A stretch of 64,000 nucleotides of DNA from Mobula hypostoma (taxonomy: Eukaryota): contig NC_086110.1 of assembly GCF_963921235.1 (NCBI RefSeq), positions 40,114,001 through 40,178,000 on the forward strand, given 5' to 3'. Positions 12,030 through 24,571 of the stretch are shown here, in pieces. The notes under the pieces were generated by a model. The model was not told the origin of the DNA. It worked only from the letters and a program-made list of their open reading frames with translations, and searched no databases. Every line of letters begins with the position of its first letter. Position 1 is the stretch's first letter. The position numbers and the translations under genes were made by a program.

Positions 12030-12478
12030 ACTTCATAAGCTTCAGGAAGAAAGTACACAAAGCCTCAGGATTCAGACCACCAGGCTCGGGAACAGTCATT
12101 ACCCATCAACCACCAGGCTCAGGAACAGTCATTACCCATCAACCACCAGGCTCCTGAACAATTTCACTCAACTTCACTCACCCCAACAAGTCTTCCCACA
12201 ACCTATGAACTCACATTCGAGGACTCTTCATCTCATGTTCTTGATATTTATTGTGTATTTATTTATTATTATCAGCTTTTTTTTGTATTTGTACAGTTTC
12301 CTGTCTTTTGCACATTACTTGTTTGTCTATTTTGTTGTCTGCGGCCTTTCATTGATTCTGTTGTGCTTCTTTGTATTGACTGTGCAAGTCCAAATGCCTG
12401 TAAGAAAATGAATCTCAGGATTGTAGATGGTGACAGAGAGTATATGAACTTCGATAATAAATTTACTTTGAACTTTTG
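12030..12478 (+). mobile_element. Rex1/Babar-type LINE 3' end with a 33-bp tandem duplication
   Basis: Same 3' UTR family as 2245-2600. Ends in ataaatttactttgaactttt. Confidence 0.7.
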
Positions 12479-12763
12479 AACATATAGCATTTTAGAGATT
12501 CAAGAAAGACTGCAGATGCTGGAAACCTGGAGCAGCACACACAAATTGCTGGAAAAACTCAGCAGGTCAAACGGCAACTTGGTCCGAAACATTGACTGTA
12601 GTGATTTGATGGCAATAATCCTTGTGCAGCACAGAGCTGATATCAACCCTACAGTGCTGATTCTGCTAACCATGAAGATCCTTCTCCAGACCATCAATCC
12701 TGCATTATTTAAAAGGATTCTTAAAGACTTGTTCATTCAAGGGTACAAAGCTATATGAAAACG

Positions 12764-13835
12764 TTTTTTTACCAGAAGGAGAAATCAATGTTCATGCCAT
12801 CAGATTGGAGGCTACCTAGACGGAATATGAAGTGTTAACAAGGCCCGAACAGTCCTTCCAGGTGAGGCAACACTGCACCTGTGAATCTGTTGCGGGGTTA
12901 TCTATTCTATCCGGTGCTCCTGATGCAGCTTCCTCTACATTGGTGAGACCCAAAGCAAATTGGGGGACCATTTTGTCAAGCACCTACGCTCCATCCACCG
13001 AAAGTGGAATTTCCCAGTGACCAACCATTTTGATTCCTATCCCCATTCACGTTCCGACATGTCAGTCCACGGCCTCCTCTTCTGCCATGATGACGAAGAG
13101 ACCTGGGCGAGGATGGTTCAGACTCAAGTGCTGGGGTATCAGAGACAAGAATCGAGACATGATACAAGACTAAAATGAGGACAAGGTTCTAAACTAGACG
13201 CTAATCAAGAATTCAAAGTACAGCTGATGACTGAGCACCAACCTCCAGTTTAGGTGTTCCTTAAATGTTAAATCCCTGGCACCAAAACATGGCTGCCAAT
13301 TAGCGGGGCAATCCTGACTCTTTAAAGGGGCCACACCAGCTATCCATACTCCGGAGAGTCAGAGCATCTAAACCCCAGAAGCTGGCAAGTATTGTAACAA
13401 CTCTAAGGGTGAGGAGCAACATCTCATATTTTGTCTAGGGAGCCTCCAACCGGATGTCATGAGAACTTATTTCTCCTTCTGGTAAAAAATATCCCTCTCC
13501 CTTCTCTCTTCTTCTCTTCCCTACTCTGTCTATTCTCTTCTTCCTAACTCTTCCCCTCTCCTGCCTATCACCTCACCCTGGTACCCTCTTTCTTCCCTTT
13601 CTCACATGATCCACTCTCCTCTCTTATCAGATTCCTTCCTCTCCAGCCCTTTGCCTTTCCCACTCAACTGGCTTCACTTTTCACCTTCTAAGTAGTCTTC
13701 CTTCCCCCTTTTTATTCTGGCATCTTCCCCCCCCCCTTCCAGTCCCGAAGAAGGGTCTCGGCCCAAAACGTTGACTGTTTATACATTTTCATAGATGCAG
13801 CCTGACCTGCTGAATTCCTCCAGCATTTTGTGTGA
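12764..13835 (+). mobile_element. Penelope-like element 3' part (GIY-YIG region and terminal repeat) with a 5' inverted segment
   Basis: Encodes QVRQHCTCES and GDHFVKHLRSI..PVTNHF. Pyrimidine-rich tract, then a hammerhead-like end at 13740-13778. 12764-12836 is an inverted copy of about 13418-13490. Confidence 0.8.
13091..13399 (-). mobile_element. Probable truncated solo LTR inserted in the Penelope copy
   Basis: Interrupts the Penelope sequence (ctgccatga | actctaagggtgaggagcaac). Minus strand starts tgttaca, has atttaagg then cttgt-rich repeats. No TSD seen. Confidence 0.45.
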
Positions 13836-14774
13836 GCTGTTATGAGCTCCTTGAAGGAGTTGTCTGATGCAAAAAGTGAGATGTTGTGCATATCTGCACC
13901 TGGAGCAGTTGAGGTCAAACGTAGGAAGGATTTTTCCATAGAAAGGTACTTCGAGTTTCACTTCAATTTCTAAGATGGTTCTGACCTGCTTAGTGGCTGT
14001 AGATGTACTGGTTGCTTTTGTTCAGTATCTGAGTAAAGTGCAGTGCTGTTAGGTTAACTCTTCTGTAGATCTATGGTGGAGAGTTTATTGACTGTTTGCA
14101 TCACGAACTGTTATGGAAGCACCAAAGCTCTTGAACAGAAACTCCTACAGCAAGTAGTGGATACAGCCCAGTCCATTACAGGTAAAGGCTTCTCCACCAC
14201 TGAGCAGATCTACACAGAGTGCTGTCACAGGAAAGCAGTACCACCACCCAGGCCATACTCTCTTCTCACTGCTGCCATCAGGAAGAAGGTACAGGAGCCA
14301 CAGGACCAACACCACCAGTTTCAGGAAGAGTTATTACTCCTGAACTATCATGCTCTTGAACCAGAGGGGATAACTTCACTCAAATTCACTCGCAGTATCA
14401 CTGAACAGCACCCACAACCAATGGACTCATTTTCAAGGACTCGTCATCACATGTTCTTGATATTTATTCCTCATTCTTTTACTATTATTCTTTTCCCTTT
14501 CATATTTACACAGTTTGTTGTCCTTTACACATTGTATGTTTGTTCATCCTGTTGGGTGCAGTCTTTTATTGATTCTAACCACAAACAAGAGAAAATCTGC
14601 AGAAGCTGGAAATCCGAGCAATACACACAAAATGCTGGAGGAACTCAGCAAGCCCGGCAGCATCTATGGGAAAGAGCAGGGGTCCCCAACCTTTTTTGCA
14701 CAGCAGACCGGTTTAATATTGATGATATTCTTACAGACCAGCCGACCGGGGTGGGCGGGGTGCGGGGTGGGGGG

Positions 14775-15270
14775 TAGGGTTGCCAACGGACAAGAGTAGC
14801 AGTCATATTCAGGACACTTATGTTTACCCCGAGAAAGACTACCATGACCATGAAGCCTTGCGCAGGCACCTGTATGTGCATGCGTGTACGTGCCGATTTT
14901 TTTCTACAAATCGTTTTTGGCGATTCTGCTCAGTGAAACTACACTGTACATACATTATTTCTACTTTATATAGGCTGTGTATTTATCATATCATTCCTGC
15001 TTTTACTATATGTTAGTGTTATTTTAGGTTTTATGTGTTATTTGGTATGATTTTGTCGGTTTTTTTTGAATCTGGGAACACTCAAAAATTTTTCCCATAT
15101 AAATTAATGGTAATTGCTTCTTCGATTTACACCATTTCGGCACAAAAGGTTTCATAGAAATGCTCTACCTTAGCGGGGGAAACACGGGACAAGGGCGGTC
15201 CCATATGGGACAAACTAACTTAGTCCAATATACGGGATGTCCCGGCTAATACGGGACAGTTGGCAACCCT
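14775..15270. mobile_element. hAT (Blackjack-like) MITE nested in the Charlie element
   Basis: TIRs tagggttgccaac / gttggcaaccct. 8-bp flanks gtgggggg / gcgggggg. Subterminal acggga repeats. Confidence 0.75.
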
Positions 15271-15869
15271 GCGGGGGGGGGGGCGGCGGGTGGGGTGTTG
15301 TTAATCACGACCGGAATATAGGTGATAAGTCAACTATAAGTCACTTATAAGTGGTTAATGCACTCAATTTCGTTTCTGAAAGGGTTTATCTAACGAATTT
15401 AATATTAAACGCACAGCGCATATTTTCCTCGCATGAATATAGTGATAAGTCAATTATGTCACTTATAAGTCAATAGCATCATAATATTTTAAGTAATGTT
15501 TGGATATTAAACACACAGCACATATTTTCCTCGTATGAACATATAAAATCATTGCAACACACCAATATCGCTGAATCAGTGGGAGCCGTGGGCTTGTTTC
15601 CCTGCAACAAGACGGTGCCATTGAGGGGAGATTGGAGACAGCGATACTCGAAGGGGGCGGGGGGGGCGGGTTCCCTATGTCCAGTCTATTCTGCAATTTA
15701 GTTTTCATTGCATTCATTGTAGAAAACCCCACTTCACAGAGATATAACCACATAACCCTTCAAGTCCATGACAAATGCTTACTCTCACCTAATCCCACTG
15801 ACCTGCACTCAGCCATAACCCTCCATTCCTTTCCTGTCCATATAGCTATCCGATTTTACTTTAAATGAC

Positions 15870-18800
15870 AATATGGACCCTGCCTTTACCACTTCTACTG
15901 AAAGCTCGGTCCACACAGCTACCACTCTCTAAGTAAAGAAGTTCCCCCTCATGTTACCCCTAAACTTTTGCCCTTTAACTCTCAACTTATGTCCTCTTGT
16001 TTGAATCTCCCCTACTCTCAATGGAAAAAGCCTATGCATGTCAACTCTATCTATCCCCCTCATAATTTTAAATACCTCTATCAAGTCCCCCCTCAACCTT
16101 CTACGCTCCAAAGAATAAAAACCTAACTTGTTCAACCTTTCTCTGTAACTTAGGTGCTAAATCTCAGGTAACATTCTATTAAGTCTTCTCTGTACTCTCT
16201 CTATTTTGTTGACATCTTTCCTATAATTTGGTGACCAGAACTGTACACAATACTCCAAATTTGGCCTTACCGATGCCTTGTACAATTTTAACATTACATC
16301 CCAACTCCTATACTCAATGCTTTGATTTATAAAGGCCAGCATACCAAAAGCTTTCTTCGCCATCCTATCCACATGAGATTCCACTTTCAGGGAACTATGC
16401 CCTACCATTTACTATGTATGTCCTATTTTGGTTAGTCCTACCAAAATGTAGCACCTCACACTTATCAGCATTAAACTCCATCTGCCATCTTTCAGCCCAC
16501 TCTTCTAACTGGCCTAAATCTTTCTGCAAGCTTTGAAAGCTTACCTCATTATCCACAACGCCACCTATCTGAGTATCATCTGCATACTTACTAATCCAAT
16601 TTACCACCCCATCATCCAGATCATTAATGTATATGACAGACAACATTGGACCCAGTACAGATCCCTGAAGCACACCACTAGTCACCGGCCTCCAACCTGA
16701 CTAACAGTTATCCACCACTACTCTCTGGCGTCTCCCATCCAGCCACTGTTGAATCCATTTTACTACTTCGATATTAATGCCTAACGATTGAACCTTCCTA
16801 ACTAATCGGTAGTGCTGAGGAAACGGAGAGTCTGCAGAGAGACTTGGATAGATTGGAAGAATGGGCAGAGAAGTGGCAAATGAAGTACAATGTTGGAAAG
16901 TGTATGGTTATGCACTTTGGCAGAAAAAAATAAATGGGCAGACTATTAATTAAATGGGGAAAGAATTCAAAGTTCTGAGATGCAACGGGACTTGGGAGTC
17001 CTTGTACAGGATTCCCTTAAAGTTAACCTCCAGGTTGAGTCGGTAGTGAAGAAGGCGAATGCAATGTTGGCATTCATTTCTAGAGGAATAGCGTATAGGA
17101 GCAAGGATGTGATGTTGAGGCTCTATAAGGCGCTGGTGAGACCTCACTTGGAGTACTGTGGGCAGTTTTGGTCTCCTTATTTAAGAAAGGATGTGCTGAC
17201 GTTGGAGAGGGTACAGAGAAGATTCACTAGAATGATTCCGGGAATGAGAGGGTTAACATATGAGGAACGTTTGTCCGCTCTTGGACTGTATTCCTTGGGG
17301 TTTAGAAGAATGAGGGGAGATCTCATAGAAACATTTCGAATGTTAAAAGGCATGGACAGAGTGGATGTGGCAAAGTTGTTTCCCATGATGGGGGAGTCTA
17401 GTACGAGAGGGCATGACTTCAGGATTGAAGGGCGCCCTTTCAGAACAGAAATGCGAAAAATTTTTTTTAGTCAGAGGGTGGTGAATCTATGGAATTTGTT
17501 GCCACGGGCAGCAGTGGACGCCAAGTCATTGGGTGTATTTAAGGCAGAGATTGATAGGTATCTGAGTAGCCAGGGCATCAAAGGTTATGGTGAGAAGGCG
17601 GGGCAGTGGGACTAAATAGGATAAAATGGATCAGCTCATGATAAAATGGCGGAGCAGACTCGATGGGCTGAATGGCCTACTTCTGCTCCTTTGTCTTATG
17701 GTCTTATGGTCTAATCTTCCATGTGGAACCTTGTCAAAGGCCTTACTGAAGACCATATAGACAACACCCACTGCTTTACCCTCGACAATTTTCCTAGTAA
17801 CCTCTTCAAAAAATTCAGTAAGATTTGTCAAACATGACCTTCCACGAACAAATCCATGTTGACTGTTCCTAATTAGACCCTGTCTGTCCAGATAATTATA
17901 TATACCATCTCTAAGAATGCTTTCCATTAGTTTACCCACCACTGACTTCAAACTTACAGGCCGATAATTGCTAGGTTTACTCTTAGAATGCTTTTTAAAC
18001 AATGGAACAACATGAGCAATATGCCAATCCTCCGGCACCATCCCCATTTCTAATGACATTTGAAATATTTCTGTCAGAGCCCCTGCTATTTCTACACTAA
18101 TTTCCGTCAAGGTCCTAGGGAATATCCTGTGAGGACACGAAGATTTATCCACTTTTATATTCTTTAGGAGCACCAATACTTCCTCTTCTTTAATCTTCAT
18201 AGCTTCCATAACTTCCCTACCTGTTTCCCTTACCTTACACAATTCAATATCCTTCTCCTTAGTGAATACCAAAGAAAAGAAATTGTTCAAAATCTCCCCC
18301 ATCTCTTTTGGTTCCACACATAGCTGTCCACTCTGATTCTCTAAGGGACCAAATTTATCCCTCACTATTCTTTTGCTATTAATATAACTGTAGAAACCCT
18401 TTGGATTTATTTTCACCATACTTGCCAAAGCAACCTCGTATCTTCTTTTAGCTTTTCTAATTTCTTTCTTAAGATTTTTTTTACATTCTTTATATTCCTC
18501 GAGCACTTCATTTACTCCATGCTGCCTATATTTATTGTAGATTCCTCTCTTTTTCCGAACCAAGTTTCCAATATCCCTTGAAAACCATAGCTCTCTCAAA
18601 CTTTTAACCTTTCCTTTCAACCTAACAGGAACATAAAGATTCTGTACCCTCAAAATTTCACCTTTAAATGACCTCCATTTCTCTATTACGTCCTTCCCAT
18701 AAAACAAATTGTCCCAATCCACTCCTTCTAAATCCTTTCACATCTCCTCAAAGTTAGCCTTTCCCCAATCAAAAATCTCAACCTTGGGTCCAGACCTCTC

Positions 18801-19440
18801 CTTCTCCATAATTATATTGAAACTAATGGCATTGTGATCACTGGACCCGAAGTGCTTCCCAACAGATACCTCCGTCACCTGACCTATCTCATTCCCTAAC
18901 AGGAGATCCAACACTGCCCCTTCTCTAGTTAGTACCTCTATGTATTGCTGCAAAAAACTATCCTGCACACATTTTACAAACTCCAAACCATTCAGCCTTT
19001 TTACAGTATGGGCTTCCCAGTCTATGTGTGGAAAATTAATATCTCCCACAATCACAACCTTGTGCTGACTACAAATATCTGCTATCTCCTTACAAATTTG
19101 CTCCTCCAATTCTTGCTTCCCATTAGGTCGTCTATAATTCACCCCTATAGGTGTTACTACACCTTTCCCATTCCTCAATTCCACCCAAATAGCCTCCCTA
19201 GACAAGCCCTCTAATCTATCCTGCCAGAGCGCCGCTGTAGTATTTTCTCTGACAAGCAATGCAACACCTCCCCCTCATCCCTCCGATTCTATCGCACCTG
19301 AAACAACGAAATCCAGGAATATTTAGTTTCTAATCACACCCCTTCTGCAACCATGTTTCACTAATAGCTACAACATCATACTTCCAAGTATCAATCCATG
19401 CTCTAAGCTCATCCACCTTTCTTACAATGCTCCTAGCATT
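15870..19440 (-). pseudogene. CR1 ORF2 (APE endonuclease + reverse transcriptase), frameshifted and split by an insertion
   Basis: ORF pieces 18738-19259, 17711-18722, 16395-16685, 16157-16408 and 15929-16135 are consecutive parts of a CR1 ORF2. Confidence 0.9.
16808..17710 (+). mobile_element. Younger 5'-truncated CR1 inserted antisense into the RT of the full-length CR1
   Basis: Intact 211-aa C-terminal ORF 16980-17615, tail gtcttatg repeats, TSD ctaatc (16802-16807 and 17711-17716). Removing it restores HGRL-VRKVQSLG. Confidence 0.93.
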
Positions 19441-19750
19441 AAAATAAATGCATTTTAAAAATTTTCCACCTCTTACTCTCTGTTTATCACTAACAACTTT
19501 ACTATCTCCTTTTTCTTCCCTCTTCTCTACATCTGTTCCTACACTTTGGTTCCCCTCCGCCCTTGTATCTAGTTTAAATCCACTGGAGCCTCTCTAGCAA
19601 ACCTACCTTCAAGAATATTTGTCCCCCTTCAGTTCAGATGTAAACCGTCCTGCCGGAACAGGTCCCACCTTCCCTGGAAAACTGCCCAATTATCTATAAA
19701 TCTGAAGCCTCCCCTCCTGCACCGTATCTTCAGCCACGTGTTGATCTGCG

Positions 19751-20518
19751 CTATCTTACTATGTTTCTATTTCTAAACCCACCTGTACGTGGCACTGGTA
19801 GTAATCCTGAGATTGCTATCCTGGAGTTCCTGTCCTTTAACTTGGCGCCTAACTCCCTAAACTCACCTTTCAGGTCCTCTTCACTCTTCCTACCCATGTC
19901 ATTTGTCCCTACATGGACCACAACATCTGGCTGCTCATCCTCCCTCTTGAGAATACTGAGAACTCGATCCGAGATATCGCGGACTTTGGCACCAGGGAGG
20001 CAACAGACCATCCGGGATTCTCGATCTCTTCCACAGAACCTCTTATCTGTCCCCCTAACTATTGAATCCCCTATCACTACTGCTCTCCTCTTTTCCCTCC
20101 TTCCCTTCTGAGCTGAGGGTCCGGTCTCGGTGCCAGAGACGCAACCACTGCAACTTGTCCCTGGTAGGTCGTCCCCATCAACAGTATCCAAAATGATATA
20201 CTTATTATTGGTGGGAACGGCCACAGGGGTGCTCTGCTCATTCTGTCTATTCCCCTTCCCTCTCCTGACAGTCACCCAGCTATCCGTCTCCTGACTCTTA
20301 CGGGTGACTATCTCTCTGTAACTCCTGTTTATTTCTGCCTCTGCCTCACGAATGATCCAAAGTTCATCCAGCTCCAGCTCCATTTCCCTAACTCGGTTTG
20401 TCAGGAGCTGCAGCTGGATGCACCTTTCGCAGGTGTAGTCATCAGGGACAATTGTGCTCACCCTGACTTCCCACATCCTGCAAACGGAGCACTCAACTGC
20501 CCTAACTGCTGCCTCCAT
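19751..20518 (-). CDS. CR1 ORF1 protein: Cys-rich N-terminus, coiled coil, SGNH/GDSL esterase domain (C-terminus frameshifted)
   Basis: CSVC..CERC, heptad LTNRVREMELEL, and esterase blocks VVIGDSIVRG, CLPGA and VHVGTND. Confidence 0.8.
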   Translation of the reverse strand: MEAAVRAVECSVCRMWEVRVSTIVPDDYTCERCIQLQLLTNRVREMELELDELWIIREAEAEINRSYREIVTRKSQETDSWVTVRRGKGNRQNEQSTPVAVPTNNKYIILDTVDGDDLPGTSCSGCVSGTETGPSAQKGRREKRRAVVIGDSIVRGTDKRFCGRDRESRMVCCLPGAKVRDISDRVLSILKREDEQPDVVVHVGTNDMGRKSEEDLKGEFRELGAKLKDRNSRIAISGLLPVPRTGGFRNRNIVR

Positions 20519-21664
20519 TACCTACTCTTAAGGTAACTAAATTAATTAAAGGAACTTACCTGGCCTTACCTCACTTGGAGTGAAGCTCGTTCTGAGCCTC
20601 TGCTCGCCAAAGACTCTCGAGCCAAGGCCTTCCTACTCTGTCTCCCTCTACAACGTCGCCCGCTCCGTTAATCTGCTCACTTTTTAACTCTCCTGCTGCC
20701 TGTTGAAAATGGAAGCAACGATTTCAGTGCTTTCGTGCCTATATCAGGATATTTAGCCTTGACTTTGATCCAGAATGCCGGCAGAGATATTATGTGAAAC
20801 ATACTTCTCAGCCCACCGTCATTTGCAACCTCGAGAAGTTGATCTTCTTCCCGCGCTGACATGGATGACGCGTGGGTAATGACCTCGCATGCATGCATGT
20901 TCAACAGTGCGTGACAGGGAATGAGGAAAGGTGCAGCTGACTCATATTGTCAAATCATATCATTTCCTCGCAAGCTGGTAGCGCATGCTTTGCGGCCCGG
21001 TACCAGTCCGCGGCCCAGTGGTTGGGGACCACTAGGAAAGAGTACTGTCGACGTTTCAGCCTGAAACATTGACTGTTTACTCTTTTCTATAGATGCTGCC
21101 TGATTCTATTGATTCTATTGTGTTTGTTGGGTTTACTGCATGTGCCCGCAAGAAAACAAATCTAACAGTTTTATATGCTGACATATATGCACCCTGATAA
21201 TAAATTTACTTTGAACGTTTGAAACAAATTGGCCATTTTCTTCCATATGCTTGTTCTGCCAATCAAAAAAATTCGATGATTTTCTATCTCACTCACTATT
21301 TTTCGGCCCTATCCCTGAATCCTTTGATCTTTTTCCGCAAGTTTTTTTATCAATAGGGTCAGTTTTTAAAGTACCTTCTGCCTCTGCTAAGGGTCCTTTT
21401 GCCCGCCTCCTGAATCCTTTTCCAGCAGGTTTCCCTCTCCCAGAATCAGGCCCTCTCTTCTATCTCTCCAAACATGAAACTACTGCAAATGGCATTGCCA
21501 CTAATACACCCACATTCATTACCATAAGGTGTCTGAATGCTGCTATAAAGCACAATTAAACTTCTCAGTATGCAGGGTATTACCTGCTCCCAAACCAGAA
21601 CATCTCCAAATCAACCCCCCAACAAAGATTCGTATGAATTAATTTGTTTTACGTGTGAGTCTGC

Positions 21665-21960
21665 ATAGAAGGTGAGAGAGGGTAGGTTCAAAGGGGGATG
21701 TGAGGGGTAAGTTTTTTATTCAAAGAGTGGCGGATGCTTGGCATCTGCTACCTGGTATGGTAGTAGAGGCAAATACATTAGAGGATTTGAAGAGATATTT
21801 CGATAGGCACATGGATATAAAGAGGTTGGAGGGATACGGATGTGGTGTAGGTAGGAAGGATTAGTGTTTGGGTGTTTTTGGATTTGCTTTTCAGCTGGTT
21901 CTGCACAACACTGTGGGCTGAATAGCCTGTTCCCGTGCTATACTCTTCTATGTTCTATGG
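21665..21960 (+). mobile_element. CR1 3' end
   Basis: Typical 3' region ending gggctgaatagcctgttcccgtgctatactcttctatgttctatg. Confidence 0.8.
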
Positions 21961-24571
21961 CTTACAGGGGTTTGCTTCCAGTTACTAAATGCCAGGCTTC
22001 ATGAGCACGATTATCACACAAAGGAAGTCACTCAGAGAGCAGGTATGGCAGCAGATTGGAGCATTGACATCATCCACTGGTTTCCCTTTATCCAAATTTC
22101 CAGACATTGCAATCAGTCTAAAAGTGTGCGCTCATTATTCATTCCACATTTCAAAGGTACTTCTGCATTTGGAGGGTCAATAAATGGTTTGGAGCTCAAT
22201 GACTTGCTCCTGATATTTCAAAGATTACTGGAAGTGTGCATTAATTGTGCATGGTTAGCATTCAACAAGTCACACAGAATTGTTACAGAGCTAACTTATG
22301 TTCATTAGAGCCCTTAATTATTGGTTTAATTGATGATTCTCTGCTTGTTAAATGTTTGTAATTAATTCATTGAGCAAACTGGGAGAGGAGTAATAATTGC
22401 TCAGGCAGATGTAAAATCCAGAAGAACTATTCTTCACTGACTGTAAAAATACTGCAGCATTTCCAACTATTGATCATTAGTCAGATCCAAAATATTATAT
22501 ACACCTTTTCTCTCTGATTTTCTCTCAGTTACAATTTCAAATGCCTCCAAGCACTGGAGATGTCAGTTGAAACCCAAATTTTGAGGGCTTTTATAGTTAT
22601 TGTCAGTGGGAAGTCTGGGAAGTGTCAATCTTTACTTTGCCATTCTACTGTCACAGTCAGATATTATGATGCAGGAGTTACCATCACATAGCGTTGTGAA
22701 ATGAAGACTAATTATGTCAGGTGCAACTATGTCAGAGAATCTTGTGATATACTGTCTTGTCACAACGCAATCCTATACATACCTAGACACTTTGCTGGAA
22801 CAGTAGGTGAGAATACACTGGCTTCCAGAAAATGAATTACACAATACTTCTGAACTGTATTCCAGAAAGACTAGAATGTATGCTTCAAATTTTCACCTTT
22901 TCCTTCCAGTGGAAATTTTCCATCTCCTGGTGTATCTCAGTGGTGCCTTCAGATCTTATTGCCTTTACATTTTTCCTTTTATCTTGCTTAATGCTTAATT
23001 ACATAACACTTCTTTCCTACATTAAATGTTATGAATTTCTTCTTTCTTTTCCGCTCCTTCAGTTGCTAATATAATGCCTTTTGCTTACAAATGAAGTAAC
23101 GTAGATGATATCACAATATGCCAACAGCCTGAAGAAGACTGGAGCAAGCTCTACAGATGTTCATATCAGCATGCAAGACATCGCAATAACAAACAGGGCA
23201 TGTTCTGAACATCCTCTTAATAACCTGATCGGCTGAATTCAAGTTCATTTCTATTATCTTTATCACTGGATTAGTCTTGCAGGAATAATTTTGGGGATTT
23301 TTCCACAAAACATTTAGCAAGGAAGCCTGCTTGACATCTTGATATAATTTGTAACCAAAATATGGATAATGCAGTTTTTGAGCATTTTACACCATATATA
23401 TCTCTATATTATGATCTGTGAGAAGCCTGGAAGACTTCTCTTTCAATTTTCATGTTTTCCCATAAAGAAGCACAATGGTTTATACTCATCACTTCTCAGA
23501 CACAAAAGCTAGAATTTTCCAATTGGTACTTAAGAATCTGTATGCTATTTCAGCCAGCTACATAACTGAAATTGGGAGCACATTAAAGGATTTTTAAATT
23601 GAATTTCACCCGTTACCCCGTTTGCAACTTAACATATAGAAAATATATGGAGGAAACACATATTCATTTGGTTACCTTTTCTAACTTGAATACTTTTGGT
23701 GCTGCAGATTTCACATTATACACAATTTAATCACAATTTATACGCAACAGCCTTCAATGTCAATGAACCTTATTGAAATCTCTAGGACATAAAGTGTCAC
23801 CAAACATATTTGTAGATTTGTCACTTGTTATTAAAATCACTTCCTACTAAATAATGCTTTAAAATCCCAGCTAAATTATGTAAAATTTAATGTTAATGAT
23901 TACAAAATTAAGGAAGTATTGTTACCAGAGTTATTGCTAGTTTTTGTACTCTAACATTATATTTAGATTAGTAGAAAAGACATAATACATGATAGTTTAA
24001 ATAGCCAAAAGTTAAAGATCCTGATACTAATTTCCTCTGACAGCAAGAATACGGAGTTTATTCTGTGAGTGTGAAAGACCAGTAACCCAACATCCCTGTA
24101 GGGGTTGATATGTTATCAGCCTTTTGCAATGAGTGAAATGGAAAGATTTCTCATCATAGTGACTATCATTTATTCAAAGGCCAATTTTTCATGCACAGAC
24201 CTTCATGCCATAAATCTGTACCAACAGAACTGCCCACAAGATTGCAGATTGTGAGAAATGAATAAAAACAAGCAAATCTGACCCTCCCCAAAGAGAGAAG
24301 CAGGATATCTTCCAACCCATGATAATGCATAATGCACTAGGCAACTCAGAACAAAATGAAATGTCTACAAGCAGGCAAAGTTATTTTTTAATTCTTTGGC
24401 TTTCTTCATCAGAATATATCTAAGTAACTAGCATTGAAAGGGATTTTCCACTGATTACAGCTATCCAGAATTTCTTCTGACATTTTGAAATAAATGTAAA
24501 ATTGTGAAAGTCTACTTCTAGATTAACAGCTACTGCTGCTTCACTTAATAAATATGGATTTACAGAACTTC

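Larger units (their letters stand above)
15747..20700 (-). mobile_element. Near full-length CR1 LINE (5' UTR, ORF1, ORF2 EN+RT, 3' tail), disrupted
   Basis: Contiguous 5' UTR from 20700, ORF1, endonuclease (AIWVELRN, IVGDINFP, SDHN), RT (QHGFVRGRSCLTNL, QGSVLGP, KYADDT) and C-terminus (RRRLRGDLIEVFK). Both ends fall within the hAT coding sequence. Confidence 0.95.
14677..21034 (-). mobile_element. hAT/Charlie-type non-autonomous DNA transposon retaining the transposase C-terminal dimerisation region
   Basis: TIRs caggggtccccaacc / ggttggggaccacta. Perfect 8-bp TSD ggaaagag (14669-14676 and 21035-21042). Minus-strand coding pieces FWIKVKAKYPDIGTKALKSLLPFST (20701-20904) and YLCEVGFSTMNAMKTKLQNRLDI (about 15675-15745). 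Confidence 0.9.
14578..21100. mobile_element. Palindromic Penelope-derived element, split by a hAT insertion (halves 14578-14676 and 21043-21100)
   Basis: Left arm aaaatctgcag...ggcagcatctatgggaaagag continues after the hAT as tactgtcgacgtttcagc|ctgaaacattgactg...atagatgctgcc. Flanking repeat tgattcta (14570-14577 and 21101-21108). Confidence 0.75.
14060..21216 (+). mobile_element. Rex1/Babar-type LINE 3' end, split into 14060-14577 and about 21101-21216 by nested insertions
   Basis: ORF 14073 begins VESLLTVCIT.CYG...KLLQQVVDTAQSITG (Rex1 C-terminus). The 3' UTR resumes at 21101 (tgattctattg...ataaatttactttgaac). Confidence 0.75.

Noticed and set aside
14073-14777. 234-aa ORF
   Set aside because: Chance read-through across Rex1, Penelope-derived and hAT sequences; not a gene.
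17631-18722. 363-aa ORF as an intact RT
   Set aside because: Ends at HGRL and reads into the antisense tail of the inserted CR1; the catalytic ADD motif is in a separate fragment.
23111-23320. Cys-containing 69-aa ORF
   Set aside because: No recognisable domain or splice signals; length expected by chance.
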